Assembly (NCBI GenBank): GCA_038087875.1
Contig: CM075989.1
Location: forward strand, 7,690,001-7,750,000
DNA length: 60,000 bases
Source of the DNA: Malacoraja senta
Taxonomy: Eukaryota
Reading direction: 5' to 3'
Both the position numbers and the translations under genes were made by a program. Positions 12,786 to 25,964 of the stretch are shown here, in pieces (position 1 is the stretch's first letter; each line of letters opens with the position of its first letter). The notes under the pieces were generated by a model, which saw nothing but the letters and a program-made list of their open reading frames with translations, made no database searches and was not told the DNA's origin.

Positions 12786-13597
12786 TTTTTTAAAATCAAA
12801 AATATTTTTATCTTCTCCCTGTGACTGCTGTTTCTCCCCATTTCATCCCCACATCCCTGAGATGTCTGGGTTGCTGGTTAATGGACACCATAAATTGCCC
12901 CTAGTGATATACATGCTGGCCGTGGGGAAGAAGAAAACTACAGTGAAAATTAGTGAAGGCATGGGTCTGTAATGCGAGCCTACATAGGCACGATGAGCCA
13001 AATGGGGACTTTCTATTGTACAAGGTCCCTCATGGTAGGCCCATGGGATCAATGGCGAGTTGGGAAATTGGATACAATGAGTTGGTCATAGAAGTCAGAG
13101 GGTAATGGTGGCAGAGTCTTATTCTCAGCAACGATCTATGACCATTGGATTTCTGCAAGAATCAGTGCTGGCACATCTGTTGGAGATGGAAATGCTCCGT
13201 TTCCAAAGTAGGTTTGCAGGCAATACAACTGGCAGAGATAAATTCATAAGTTCTAGGAGCGAAATTAGGCCATTCGGCCCATCAAGTCTACTCCGCCATT
13301 CAATCATGGCTGATCTATCTTTCCCTCCCAACTCCATTCTCCTGCCTTCTCCCCATTACCCCTGACACACTTACTAAACAGGATTAGTATTAATGCAGGT
13401 AGCGAGGAAGGCTGTCGAAGGATTCAGCAGAAAATAGATACGTTGGAAACCTGCCGGCGAAAAAAAAAACCTGATGAAGTTGAATCTGGAAAGCCTATTG
13501 TAGTTGTGAGTGTAGTTTAGGAACCTGGTTTAAGGGGGGGAAAAAGCGAGCTGTGCTGATATCCTTCAGGTGAGATGGTTATAAACAAGCTACTTAC

Positions 13598-13681
13598 ATC
13601 ACAGCCTTTGGGTTCTCCACCATGCAAGCTTTTGGTCCAAACTTCGTGGCTGGGCTTGGCCCGTGTAGTGACTGCGTCCTC
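13598..13681 (-). CDS. NADK: NAD kinase, second coding exon (84 nt, phase 2-2)
   Basis: Translates (R)RTQSLHGPSPATKFGPKACMVENPKAV(M), matching human NADK RRTRSLHGPCPVTTFGPKACVLQNPQTIM; acceptor ttcaccag, donor gtaagt; phase matches the upstream exon. Confidence 0.93.
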
Positions 13682-14352
13682 CTGGTGAAGAGGTAAAGCA
13701 GAGTTATTTAACAGAGCAAAGTAACAACCTTTAGAAGTAAAGCACTTTGCCCCCCCCCCCCCCCCAACCATATTCCAGAGCAATTTCCATTTGGAAAATC
13801 AGCAACCCACCTCCCACCTCTTGCTGAATCCATCTGCTCAGGCTACCCCTCCTATAACTTGAAAGAAAGTGATTTTGTGCATGAAAATCACAAATGTCTG
13901 AGAAAACAGGCAACTCCTTTTGCACGACACCCAAAATGACTTGCCCAAGGCATCAGAATCTGCGTGGGACAATAGATTTGCTTTAATCCAGCATTAAATG
14001 TCCAACGGTTTTATCTACTTGTGACTGTGAGCGAGTTCACACCATGGATAACAGGGTGACAGAGCCAACACCACCAGAGGTGTTCCCACACCTCCCCTTC
14101 CCAGGCAGCCAGTCTACACACAACATTGCAGGCAGCAACGGCCAGCGACCACGTGCTCTCACTGACTCAACGGACTGCCAGCCCTTCTCAAGAGCATTCA
14201 ATCCCACTACCCTACAACACTTGAGGTGCTCATCCGCTGATTATAATTATCCACTCCCCCCATAGCTAGCATAAAGTGACTGCAGTGCATCACATGCAAA
14301 ACACACTGCAGGTACTCAACCAGGCTCTCTGGCAGCAACTGCCAGAGCAACT

Positions 14353-14645
14353 GGGGGCAGCACGGTGGCGCAGCAGTAGAGTAGCTGCCTTGCAGCGCCA
14401 GAGACCCGGGTCCTCATCCTGACCACGGGTGCTGTCTGTACGGAGTTTGCACGTTCTCCCCGTGACCACCTGGGTTTTCCCCGGGTGCTCCAGTTTCCTC
14501 CCACATTCCAAAGACGTGCAGGTTTGTACGTTAATTGGCCCCGTTATAAATTGTAAAAGTTGTCCCTAGAGTGTAGGATGTTGCCAGTGTAACAGTTGTC
14601 GGTGCAGCTTCAGGACCTGTTTCCGTGCTGTTTCACAAGAAAACC
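14353..14645 (+). mobile_element. tRNA-derived SINE (HE1/V-SINE-like)
   Basis: gcacggtggcgcagcagtagag head and shared SINE body. Confidence 0.8.
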
Positions 14646-15659
14646 CCAACTCTCACCAGCTCAAACACCAGCCGGTGGGCAAAAAAACAAAGTGCTGGAT
14701 GAATTCAGTGGGGCTGTTTATTTTTTGTTTAAGATTCCAGCATCTGCAGTCTTGTGCCTCCAAGAGGAGTAGGTGCTTTGGAACCAATAGGCTCCCCACC
14801 AAGTTGCACCCAGACTTGGAAAGATTGCAGTGGTCCTCCATCATCAAGATCCAGAGCTCCTCTCGCATCATCGATGAGGGAAGCACCTACACCAGAAGAA
14901 ATGTTCATTAAAACAGCCAGCCAAGGTTCTGTGGTGGGCAAGGCGCATCTCCACTTCCGGCAATTTCCACCAACTGGACTTGGAAATGTAAACCATTTCA
15001 AACCTGCAGAGCAGTGGTCCTGCCAAGTTTTAGTTTAGTTTAGAGATAAAGCTAGGAAACAGACCCTTCGGCCCATCGAGTACATGTCAACCAGCACACA
15101 AGATGCAAACAGGCCAAGGCAAGTCACACGCAATAACATGACTAACGGAGCAGATTTTAAAAGAAAATGACTTAATGTAAATGAAGTGTAAAACGATCAG
15201 TTAGTACTAATCTTAAAGCAACAATAACAACAACAACTGAAGAAGGGTCTCGACCCGAAATGTCACCAATTCCTTCTCTCCATAGATGCTGCCTCACCCG
15301 CTGAGTTACTCCAGCATTTTGTGTCTACCTTCGATTTTACCAGCATCTGCAGTTCTTTCTTAAACATAACAACAACAATATCGTGTATGAATAAACACAC
15401 CTTTGGTCAATATGTCAAGTTACTTTCCAGGAAGTTACTGATTCACTGCAACCAAAGAATCTATTCGACATGAACAATACTTAGTTCCACAGGGATGGTG
15501 AACAATGTCAGGCAAAGAGAGATGGTGTTGTATCTGTCACTGGGTTATTGCGGTGGAAAGGTCAGCATCTCAAATCAATGGACACCCAACTCCTGAGGAC
15601 ACGGCAACTTGAACATACCTACCTTCCTAAGCTGCCGTAAACTACTGACTACAATCAGC

Positions 15660-15949
15660 TTAGACTTTACTCTGGAGATACAGAGTGGAAACAGGCCCTT
15701 TGGCCCACCAGGTCCGTGCCAACCAGCGACCACCCTGCACACCAGCACTATCCTAAGCACGAGGGACAATTTACAATTTAACTACAAACCTGTACGCCTT
15801 GAGAGTGTGGGAGGAAACCAGAGCACCTGGAGAAAACCCACGCAGTCACAGGGAGAATTTACAAACTCCGTACAGACTGTAGTCAGGATTGAACCCGGGT
15901 CTCTGGAGCTGTAAGGCAGGAACTCTACCGCTACGCCACTGTGCCTCCC
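15660..15949 (-). mobile_element. tRNA-derived SINE (HE1/V-SINE-like)
   Basis: Reverse-complement SINE body and head. Confidence 0.8.
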
Positions 15950-16800
15950 TACGTCCCGTGATGGTAATGACAGTGATCACAAACCTCTTTAGAAACACTG
16001 AATTTCAGTTGTAATTTCCAGTAGATATTTTGAGGGAGGGTCCCAGAATCTGCTCAGATGGACGGTAAGTGGAGAGTTCTCAAGCTGGCAGGCAGATCTG
16101 AATTAAACCGTAGCGAGCCCGGCATTAACTTCGCCTGGAGCTGTGATGCCACGGATGCCAGTACTGCTGATCTTACAGCCAAAATGGAACATTTCTTCAG
16201 AGCATAATCACTCACTCACTCACCTCTCATCTCCTAACTCAACCATTCAAGACAGCCAATGAGAATGACAAGATCTGGGCCATTGCGACACAGATAATGA
16301 ATAGATCTTTCCCCCCCCCCCCGAACAGCACAATGGAAAGGCATTGTAATGTTTGGCAGAGCTAATTGAAAGACCAAACCAGTCTGTGTCCGACAGCGCA
16401 GGAGATGGAGATGTTTTACGCTTCCAAGAACTGATTTTGTGCGTGGAAAAGCTCTTGCGTGCACAAAAGAGCTGTCACATCTGTCAATTCAGTATGTTCA
16501 AACTTAGATCCAAACTTCATCCTTTTCCCAGAAATGCAAAGAGCATTCTTTTACTGTCAGCAGTTAAATAGTTCCTGCCACATTCTCAGGCGAGGCGAGG
16601 CACCCGTGTATGGAGATAAACACAGTTTTAAAGAAGAGACACAAGGAACTGCAGATGCTGGCCCTGATGCTTCGACCCAAAATCGGGACAATTCCTTCCT
16701 GCGCCCCTCACCCTCCCACCACCACAGATGTTGAGTTGAGTTCCTCCAACAGACTGTTTGTGTAAAACAGTCAATTAGTACTAATCTTAAAGCAACAATA

Positions 16801-19800
16801 GAAACATAGAAAATAGGTGCAGGAGTAGACCATTTGGCCCTTCGAGCCTGCACCGCCATTCAATATGATCATGGCTGATCATCCACCTCAGTAACCTGTA
16901 CCTGCCTTCTCTCCTTACCCCCTGATCCCTTTAGCCACAAGGGCCACATCTAACTCCCTCTTAAATATAGCCAATGAACTGGCCTCAACTACCTTCTGTG
17001 GCAGAGAATTCCACAGATTCACCACTCTCTGTGAATTCTTTTTTCTCATCTCGGTCCTAAAAGGCTTCCCCCTTATCCTTAAACTGTGATCCCTTGTTCT
17101 GGACTTCCCCAACATCGAGAACAATCTTCCTGCATCTAGCCTGTCCAACCCCTTAAGAATTTTGTAAGTTTTTATAAGATCCCCCCTCAATCTTCTAAAT
17201 TCTAGCGTGTACAAGCCAAGTCTATCCAGTCTTTCTTCATATGAAAGTCCTGCCATCCCAGGAATCAGTCTGGTGAACCTTCTCTGTATTCCCTCTATGG
17301 CAAGAATGTCTTTCCTCAGATTAGGAGACCAAAACTGTACGCAATACTCCAGGTGTGGTCTCACCAAGGCCCTGTACAACTGCAGTAGAACCTCCCTGCT
17401 CCTATACTCAAATCCTTTTGCTATGAATGCTAACATACCATTCGCTTTCTTCACTGCCTGCTGCACCTGCATGCCTACTCTCAATGACTGGTGTACCATG
17501 ACACCCAGGTCCTGTTGCATCTCCCCTTTTCCTAATCGGCCACCATTCAGATAATAGTCTACTTTCTTGTTCTTGCCACCAAAGTGGATAACCACATTTA
17601 TCCACATTATACTGCATCTGCCATGCATTTGCCCACTCACCAAACCTATCCAAGTCACCTTGCATCCTCCTAGCATTCTCCTCACAGCTAACACTGCCCC
17701 CTAGCTTCATGTCATCCGCAAACTTGGAGATGTTGCATTCAATTCCCTCGTCCAAATCATTAATATATATTGTAAATAGCTGGGGTCCCAGCACTGAGCC
17801 TTGCGGTACCCCTCCAGTCACTGCCTGCCATTCTGAAAAGGACACGTTTACTCCTACTCTTTGCTTCCTGTCTGCCAGCCAGTTCTCTATCCACATCAAT
17901 ACTGAACCCCTAATACCGTGTGCTTTAAGTTTGCATACTAATCTCTTATGTGGGACTTTGTCGAAAGCCTTCTGAAAGTCCAGATATTACACATCCACTG
18001 GTTCTCCCTTATCCACTCTACTAGTTACATCCTCGAAAAATTCTATAAGATTCGTCAGACATGATTTACCTTTCATAAATCCTTGCAGACTTTGTCCAAA
18101 GATTTCACCACTTTCCAAATGTGCTGCTATCCCATCTTTAATAACTGACTCTAGCATTTTCCCCACTACCGATATTAGACTAACTGGTCTGTAATTCCCC
18201 GTTTTCTCTCTCCCTCCCTTTTTAAAAAGTGGGGTTACATTAGCTACCCTCCAATCCTCAGGAACTACTCCAGAATCTAAAGAGTTTTGAAAAATTATCA
18301 CTAATGCATCCACTATTTCTGGGGCTACTTCCTCAAGCACTCTGGGATGCAGCCTATCTGGCCCTGGGGATTTGTCGGCCTTTAATCCATTCAATTTACC
18401 TAACGCCACTTCCCGACTAAACTGGATTTCACTCAGTTCCTCCATCTCATTTAACCCCCGGTCCCCTGCTATTTCTGGTAGATTATTTATGTGTTCCTTA
18501 GTGAAGACAGAACCAAAGTAGTTATTCAATTGGTCTGCCATGTCCTTGTTCCCCATGATAAATGCACCTGTTTATGACTGCAAGGGACCTACATTTGTTT
18601 TAACTAATCTTTTTCTCTTCACATATCTATAAAAGCTTTTGCAGTCAGTTTTTATGTTCCCTGCCAGTTTTCTTTCATAATCTATTTTCCCTTTCCTAAT
18701 TAAGCCCTTTGTCCTCCTCTGCTGGACTGAATTTCTCCCAGTCCTCTGGTAGGCTGCTTTTACTGGCTAATTTGTATGCTTCATCTTTTGTTTTGATACT
18801 ATCCCTGATTTCCCTTGTTATCCACGGATGCACTACCTTCCCTGATTTATTCTTTTGCCAAACTGGGATGAACAATTGTTGTAGTTCATCCATGCGGTCT
18901 TTAAATGCCTTCCATTGCATATCCACCGTCAACCCTTTAAGAATCAATTGCCAGTCTACCTTGGCCAATTCACATCTCATACCCTCAAAGTTACCTTCCT
19001 TGAAGTTCAGAACCCTTGTTTGTGAATTAACTATGTCACTCTCCATCCTAATGAAGAACTCAACCATATTATGGTCACTCTTGCCCAAGGGGCCTCGCAC
19101 AACAAGACTGCTAACTAACCCTTCCTCATTATTCAATACCCAGTCTAGAATAGCCTGCTCTCTCGTTGGTTCCTCTACATGTTGGTTTAGAAAACTATCC
19201 TGCATACATTTCAAGAAATCCTCTTCCTCAGCACCCCTGCCAATTTGATTCACCCAATCTGTATGTAGATTGAAGTCACCCATTATAACTGTTTTACCTT
19301 TGTTGCACGCATTTCTAATTTCCTGTTTGATGCCATCCCCAACTCCACTACTACTGTTAGGTGGCCTGTACACAACTCCCACTAGCGTTTTCTGCCCCTT
19401 AATGTTTCGCAGCTCCACCCATATCGATTCCACATCCTCCAAGCTAATGTCCTTCCTTTCGATTGCGTTAATCTCCTCTCTAACCAGCAACGCTACCCCA
19501 CCTCCTTTTCCTTTAGGTCTATCCCTCCTGAATATTGAATATCCCTGGATGTTCAGCTCCCAACCTTGGTCACCCTGGAGTCATGTCTCCGTGATCCCAA
19601 CTATATCATATTCATTAATAACTACCTGCACATTCAACTCATCCACCTTATTACGAATACTCCTTGCATTGAGACACAAAGCCTCCAGGCTTGTTTTTTA
19701 CAACACTCTTACCCCTTATACAATTATGTTGAAAAGTGGCCCTTTTTGATTTTTGCCCTGGATTTGTCTGCCTGCCACTTTAACTTTTCACCTTGCTACC

Positions 19801-19861
19801 TATTGCTTCTACCCTCATTTTACACCCCTCTATCTCTCTGCTCATGCTCCCACCCCCCTGC
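16801..19861 (-). mobile_element. CR1-clade LINE, near-complete ORF2 (APE endonuclease and RT), frameshifted
   Basis: VESIWVEL, VGVVYRPPN, MGDFN, SDHNMV, KSPGPD, NYRPVSL, GVPQGSVLGP, FADD; 3' tail; caata repeated on both sides. Confidence 0.95.
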
Positions 19862-20007
19862 CAATAACAACAACTGAAGAAGGGTCTGGAGCCGAAACAT
19901 CGCCAATTTGTTCTCTCCATAGATGCTGGCTCACCCGCTGAGTAACTTTAGCATTTTGTGTCTACCTTTGATTTAAACCAGCAGGACACGCGGGGGGACA
20001 CGCGGGG

Positions 20008-20027
20008 ACACACACACACACACACAC
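20008..20027. repeat. (CA)n microsatellite
   Basis: acacacacacacacacacac. Confidence 0.9.
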
Positions 20028-20570
20028 AAAAAGCAAACAAACAAGCAATAATAGTGCTAAAAGACCAAACCAATGCCCCCAAGTTAATGGAGTTTTGACC
20101 TGCAACTCTGTAATTCGTGTGTTCCTCAACTCCCCTTCCGATTCTTCTGCCACTTATCTAATTATACGAGGACAGGCTGCGCTATTTGGTCTCTGCCACA
20201 GGATTGAGAGAACATTGTGGAAAAAAATGCAAGGTTGTACTCTTTAGCAACCGGAATGAAACAGCAGACAGACCATCGCCTCAGTGGAGAGCTCCAAATG
20301 AGTGGAGTACAGAGGAATGGAGGTCATTTTTGTCCACGAATGACAGAAAGTAGGCATGTAGGTGCGACAGATTATTAAAACACAAAAAGCACGAATCAGC
20401 CTGTTTATTAATAGAATTGCACAAAGGGTGCAGGTGAGGCCACACCTTGAGAATTGAACATTGTTTTGGTCCACTTATATAAGAAAGGAAGCTCAAGCAT
20501 TAGAAGCATTCCTGAGATTTACTGCATTCATTCTTGAATGAGTGGGACATCTCATCATATGTTTAAGGAA

Positions 20571-20978
20571 TGTGTAGGAAGGAAATGCTTTTAATCCGAA
20601 GATAGACACAAAAACCTGGAGTAACTCAGCAGGTCAGACAGCATTTCTGGAGAAAAGGAATAGCTGATGTTTCGGGTAGAGACCCTTCTTCAGACAGCTT
20701 TTTGTGTCTATTACATGTTTAAGGAAAACACAAAATGCTGGAGTAACTCAACGGGGACAGGCAGCATCGCTGGAGAGAAGGAATGGGTGACGTTTCGGGT
20801 CAAGACCCTTTTTCGGACTGAGGAAGGCTTCAGTCTGAAGACTTAAATCTGAATAAGGGTCTCGATCCGAAATGTCACCCATTCCTTCTCTCCAGAGATG
20901 CTGCCTGTCCCGCTGAGTTACTCCAGCAATTTGTGTCTACCTTCGATTTAAACCAGCATCTGCAGTTCTTTCCTACAC
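20571..20978. mobile_element. Cluster of short Penelope-derived elements (including a fold-back dimer) inside an old CR1 remnant
   Basis: Repeated gagtaactcagc...gtttcgggt...cccttcttcag units in both orientations; atgtttaaggaa occurs three times. Confidence 0.8.
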
Positions 20979-21734
20979 ATGTTTAAGGAAGTTAGATTGG
21001 GTATTCACTGAAGTTTAGAAGAATAACGGTCGATCTTGTTGAAATGCCAAATCCTAAGGGGACTTCATAGTATAAACAGAGATGTTTCCATTCATGGGAG
21101 ATTCCGAGCCAGAGGATACAATTACAAGATTACAAAATTACATTGGCCAAGCTCTCATTTTGCTCTACCCTCGGGAAGAAGGTATAGAAATTGAGTCGAA
21201 CAACCATGATCACCAGGTTCAAGAATAGCTTCTTCCCAGCTACAAAAACTAACAAAACTAATTGTGGACTGTCTTTGGTTACGCAAAGGACTTTTGTGCA
21301 CTAGTATTGGAGACTAATTTATTGAATTTTTCTGTTCATTGTATATCTACGATTATTGTGTTCACAGGCCAGTTATGGTGCTGCAAGTAAGAATTTCACA
21401 GTCCACTGTCGACAGGTATAACAATTAAACGTTCTTTATTTTTAATAAAGGATGATTATTTAAGACCAAGATGCACAGAAGCTTTGCTGCACAGACGGCG
21501 GTGAATCTCTGCAATTCTCCATCCCGGAGGGTTGTGGAGCCTGGATTACACCTGGTAATTAACTAGAGGATACAAAAATAACTAGAGGCCCCAAGTCACT
21601 GCTGCATGCCACAAATGGAACTTGAGGCATCAGTGGTTGTGTGGAAGAAGCCAGCAGATTGTCAGCTCACAGCAACAGACAGATCCAAAGGTTTAGAATG
21701 GGGATCAACTGAAGCAGCGTCTTTCGTACATCAT

Positions 21735-22050
21735 CACTACGTGGATTGTCACCTTGTCGTGGTGGAGGAGCTTGTGTGGTCCTGAGATCCTGAGAGCGAT
21801 GCCGTCCGGAGCTACGCTCCTGGTAGGGCCACCGGCCAAGACCTCAACAGTGGAACAGGCGGAGGATGATGGCTGACCTTAGTGGAGCGTCACAACGACT
21901 GGGAAGGCGGATGAAGGCTGCAGCAGAAAAGGGTCTCCGGTCGTCTTGGACTCCATGCCACTGGATCCTGACCCAGATCTGTCAAGGACCGTGTGGTGGC
22001 TGTTTGTGCACCAGTCTCCCCACGGTTAAACAAAGTCACGCACTGGCGTC
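21735..22050 (+). mobile_element. Probable RTE-clade (BovB/Expander-like) 5' UTR fragment
   Basis: caccttgtcgtggtggaggagcttg...ggtagggccacc resembles, from memory, RTE-clade 5' leaders. Confidence 0.55.
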
Positions 22051-23846
22051 CTCCAACCCTGGAGACACCCATGGTCAGCCCAGAGATGCTGCCTGTCCCG
22101 CTGAGTTACTCCAGCATTTTGTGTCTAAACTAGACTAAGACACGACTTGCAATCTACCTAATCCCGCACACTCAATAACAATTCCATCTATGCGAGGAGT
22201 GGTTCAAAGTCACAAAAATCAAAGCATTTGCAATAGTGGAAAACCCAACGTTACAGGAGTGAAACTTCACACCCTCTGAATCACCTAGTTCCTTTTTCCC
22301 AGACCCACAATTTGCTTTGCACTTCCTGGTTCGAGCTGACACAGTAGGCAGTCACAAGAAGATCCTCTGCCCAGCCCAGAGTACGGACTTCAATATTGCA
22401 CTGTTATGGTTACCTAGTGTTACTTATCAGTTCATGGCATCATTGATTATTATATATTTATCCATGTGTTATTGTATTAATGGGCCTGTACAGCTACAGC
22501 AATTAAAAATGGCATTGTTCCCTTGCTGGTTCGCATGACAATGAAACACTCTTGACTCTTGATATTCAACCCCTAGTATTTTGTTTTAAACATATGACAC
22601 ACAATTCTTTTCCAAAGACATTTAGTTTTCTCTCATCGGGAAACAACTCCGATGGGCAGACAGAACATTCCCCAGGCTGGCAGGACTGTACATTCCTGGT
22701 AAATTATTGACCACCTGAACACAATTCCCCACTACCTCAATTGTACCTCGAACTGCAACACAGACAACCCTCGCCAAACCTTTCCTCTCAGATGGTCCTT
22801 TAATGGAGCTGTTGGTCTCCTGTCCTAACCTTGTCTTCTGGGACCGGCATGAAATCGAGCACCTCATGAAATACGTTGGGTGACAGATGCTGTTAATGCC
22901 TCTACTTCCTACAACAAAGTATCACTGATAATAATTATACTTCATATTAGCCGTTTGGAAATTTGGAGAACTAGTTTTGTTTTCAGATTAACATTTCTCC
23001 AGAGGTCCACAACCCAAAGCTGAATCATTGCCTCCACCAGCCTCAACTTCCCTTCTGCCTGTAGCTATTTTTGGCCAATTTCACATCACTTTCACTAAAA
23101 AGGAATGTCCCATTCACACGCCAGACAGACGTCACCACAATCTGCGCTACATTACAACTGTAAACAGCACGGGTAACTAAGATCACACTTAAATGGCCAT
23201 AAACATTTAAACATTTACCTTGCCAGCACCGTTACAGCCCAATGTTTTGATAATTAAAACAGGGATGGTGGGAACGAGGGCTTCTAAGAATTTGGTTTAA
23301 GGGATGAGTGAAGGTGGATGCATAGCTGATGATGAACAAGTGTTCCATAACACTGCACTGCTGAGGGGGACAGCTGTCGGATGGAAGGTCCACTTGTCTC
23401 TGACACGTTTCACAACCCTGGACATCCCCATAAAAAAATTTCACAACTGATGAAGTGCATCTCATTTTGTAAAATGGAAGAAACTGTGGCCAATTTGCCG
23501 ACTCCGAGCTTATTTACAAAGCCACACTATCATGAGAATGTGCGTTTCAATGGCTGATTAATAAACATTGGACAAGGGTCAAGAGTTGTGAAATTGTGAG
23601 ATTAAATCAGAATGGACTCCTCCGCCTCCCGCTCGCCTTTTCCCAGTCTCTGCACTCAACCCCTTCACCTTTTCAGCGTGGGTGGAAGATCGGCCTGAAA
23701 CAGCAAGTCTATTGCTTTCCCCGCTGAGTATTTCTAGCATTGGTTTGTTCCTACATCTGCCTCGTTAGATGGCAATCATAGGTTGGGTGGCTGGGTCTGT
23801 TATTCTGTCTAAATACACAGTAGCCAAGCCACACAAACGGGCGAGT

Positions 23847-24146
23847 TCAGTTTAGTTTAGAGATACAGCACGGAAACAGCACTTTCGGCCCACCAAATCT
23901 ACGCTGACCATCGATCACCCACACACGGGTTCTGTTATCCCACTTTCTCATCCCATATACCAGGGGCAATTTATAGAAGGCAATTAACCTACAAACCTGC
24001 ACGTCTTTGGAATGTGGGAGGAAACCAGAGAAAACCACCGCGGTCATAGAGAGAACATGAAAACGCCAGAGACAGCACACAGTCATGATCGAACCAGGGT
24101 CTCTGGCGCTGTGAGGCAGCAGCTCTACCGCTGCACCACTGTGCTG
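23847..24146 (-). mobile_element. tRNA-derived SINE (HE1/V-SINE-like)
   Basis: Reverse-complement SINE with (gttta)n tail. Confidence 0.8.
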
Positions 24147-25964
24147 CAGATCAATCATAAGGACACTGACAGGAGTCATAAAAGCAGAACAGCTATCAAT
24201 ACAACCTCAGATGGAAGAAATGATTTGACAGGTCTAATCCAAATTTGATATAAATGGAAACAAACTGGATTCTCCAAAGGTTGCTGCCAAATCTTGGCCA
24301 ATATGGTCACAAGCAATATGGGCCCATGCTCCTGTTCCCCAATCAATAAAATCAGGGCCGATCCCACACCTTAACTTCACATCCACATTAATCCCCACAT
24401 CCCTCCACCCTTTAGTCCAAACTTAACCTTGAACAAACTGAGCAGCCCCAGCATTGCTTGGAGCACAAAATTCCAATCCCTTCAGTGTTTTGTGAGTTAT
24501 GTTAAAATTCATCTCAAACAACGACAATGTGATCTTGCTGCACAATGTTAATTTACAGACACCAGTTACCGAAACACATTTGCGTACAATAAGAATAGTC
24601 CGTGAAGAAAATGAATAGCTGTATCAGACTTGCCTGCGTTTCGATTTCACTCAAGTCTCTGGCTCTCTTTACAGTTTCACAATTCAGAGATCTACAAATC
24701 AATATCAGTTGTGTTTGGCTCTGCACGGTTGAACTTCATCACAAGTGGAGAACTCGGCCCAACCCTCAGCATATCTGCCCTTGGACAAACAGTACGAGAA
24801 TGGGTGCAGCCAGGTTGTTGGAGATACCACTGGAAAAGTATCAGGTGAGAAGTTAACCTTCCCATAACCTGATCAAGAGCGAGGTCGCTCAATGACCAGC
24901 ATGACAATGATGGGCTGAAGTCTCTTCCTGCGCTGTTACATTTCTGAGACGCTTGGATTATGTTTGGAAGGGGGTGACGAAGACATCAGATTTGCAAAAT
25001 ATTCCCCCAAAATGTCATGATTCCTTACGTTCAAAGTGCCATCAACCATCTCCATGGCAAAAGCAGTAGATGACTGTAAACTTAACTTGGATATCAGTTA
25101 CAGAAATTGAAGGGGACAAGAGGAACTGCAGATGCTGGAATCCTGAGCAAAACACAAAGTGCTGGAGGAACTCAGCGGGCCGTGCAGCATGTGCAGAGGG
25201 AATGGACAGGCGACGTTTTGGATCGGTCCCTTCTTCAGACAGAAAATGAAGGGTTGGTTTTATCTAGATCTCAGCGGCTTGAAACTATAAAGTGGATAAC
25301 ACTCACAGAGTGGGCTTGGAGAACAAACTGATGAAGATGGACAAACAACAAGATCAGACGTGGCTCTGGAACAAGCTGATGTTGAACTTTGTCAGCACCA
25401 CAATGTACCGACACTGCATGATTTTACCGGGTGGTATGCAAAACAAAGTATTTCACTGTACCTGGGTACATGTGACAATAAAATTTCATTGGATCATGAA
25501 CCATCCCGAAACTCACCAACGAGATGTTTGTGTGAGAGACCAGTCAGAACATTGGGACTAGCTAGTGTTTATTAAACAAGGACGGTCGCCATTTGCACAA
25601 CCGTGGGAAGAGGCAATTTGAAACTTTACTTAATTACTGAAACTGATGCACACGGAGGTACAATATGGTCTGCTCAACTCAAAACAGCCCCAGAAAGTGG
25701 CTCGTGTTAAAGATAACTCTTCTAGTTATCTTTCAAGTGGAGAGCACAGTAACACTGCGGAAGAGGTGCTCTGTTAAGAGTGCCAGAGACCCAAGTTCGA
25801 TCCTGACCAGATTAGACTATGGCTATAGACGGGTGCTGTCTGTATTGAGTTTGTACGTTCTCCCCGTGACCGCGTGGGTTTTCTCCGGGTGCCCCGGTTT
25901 CCTCCCACATTCCAAAGACATGCAGATTTGTAGGTTAATTGGCTTCGGTAAGTTGTCCCTAGGG

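Noticed and set aside
24176..24367. EHGPILLVTILAK as a second copy of the NADK LHGP exon
   Set aside because: Similarity is too weak and there are no convincing splice sites.
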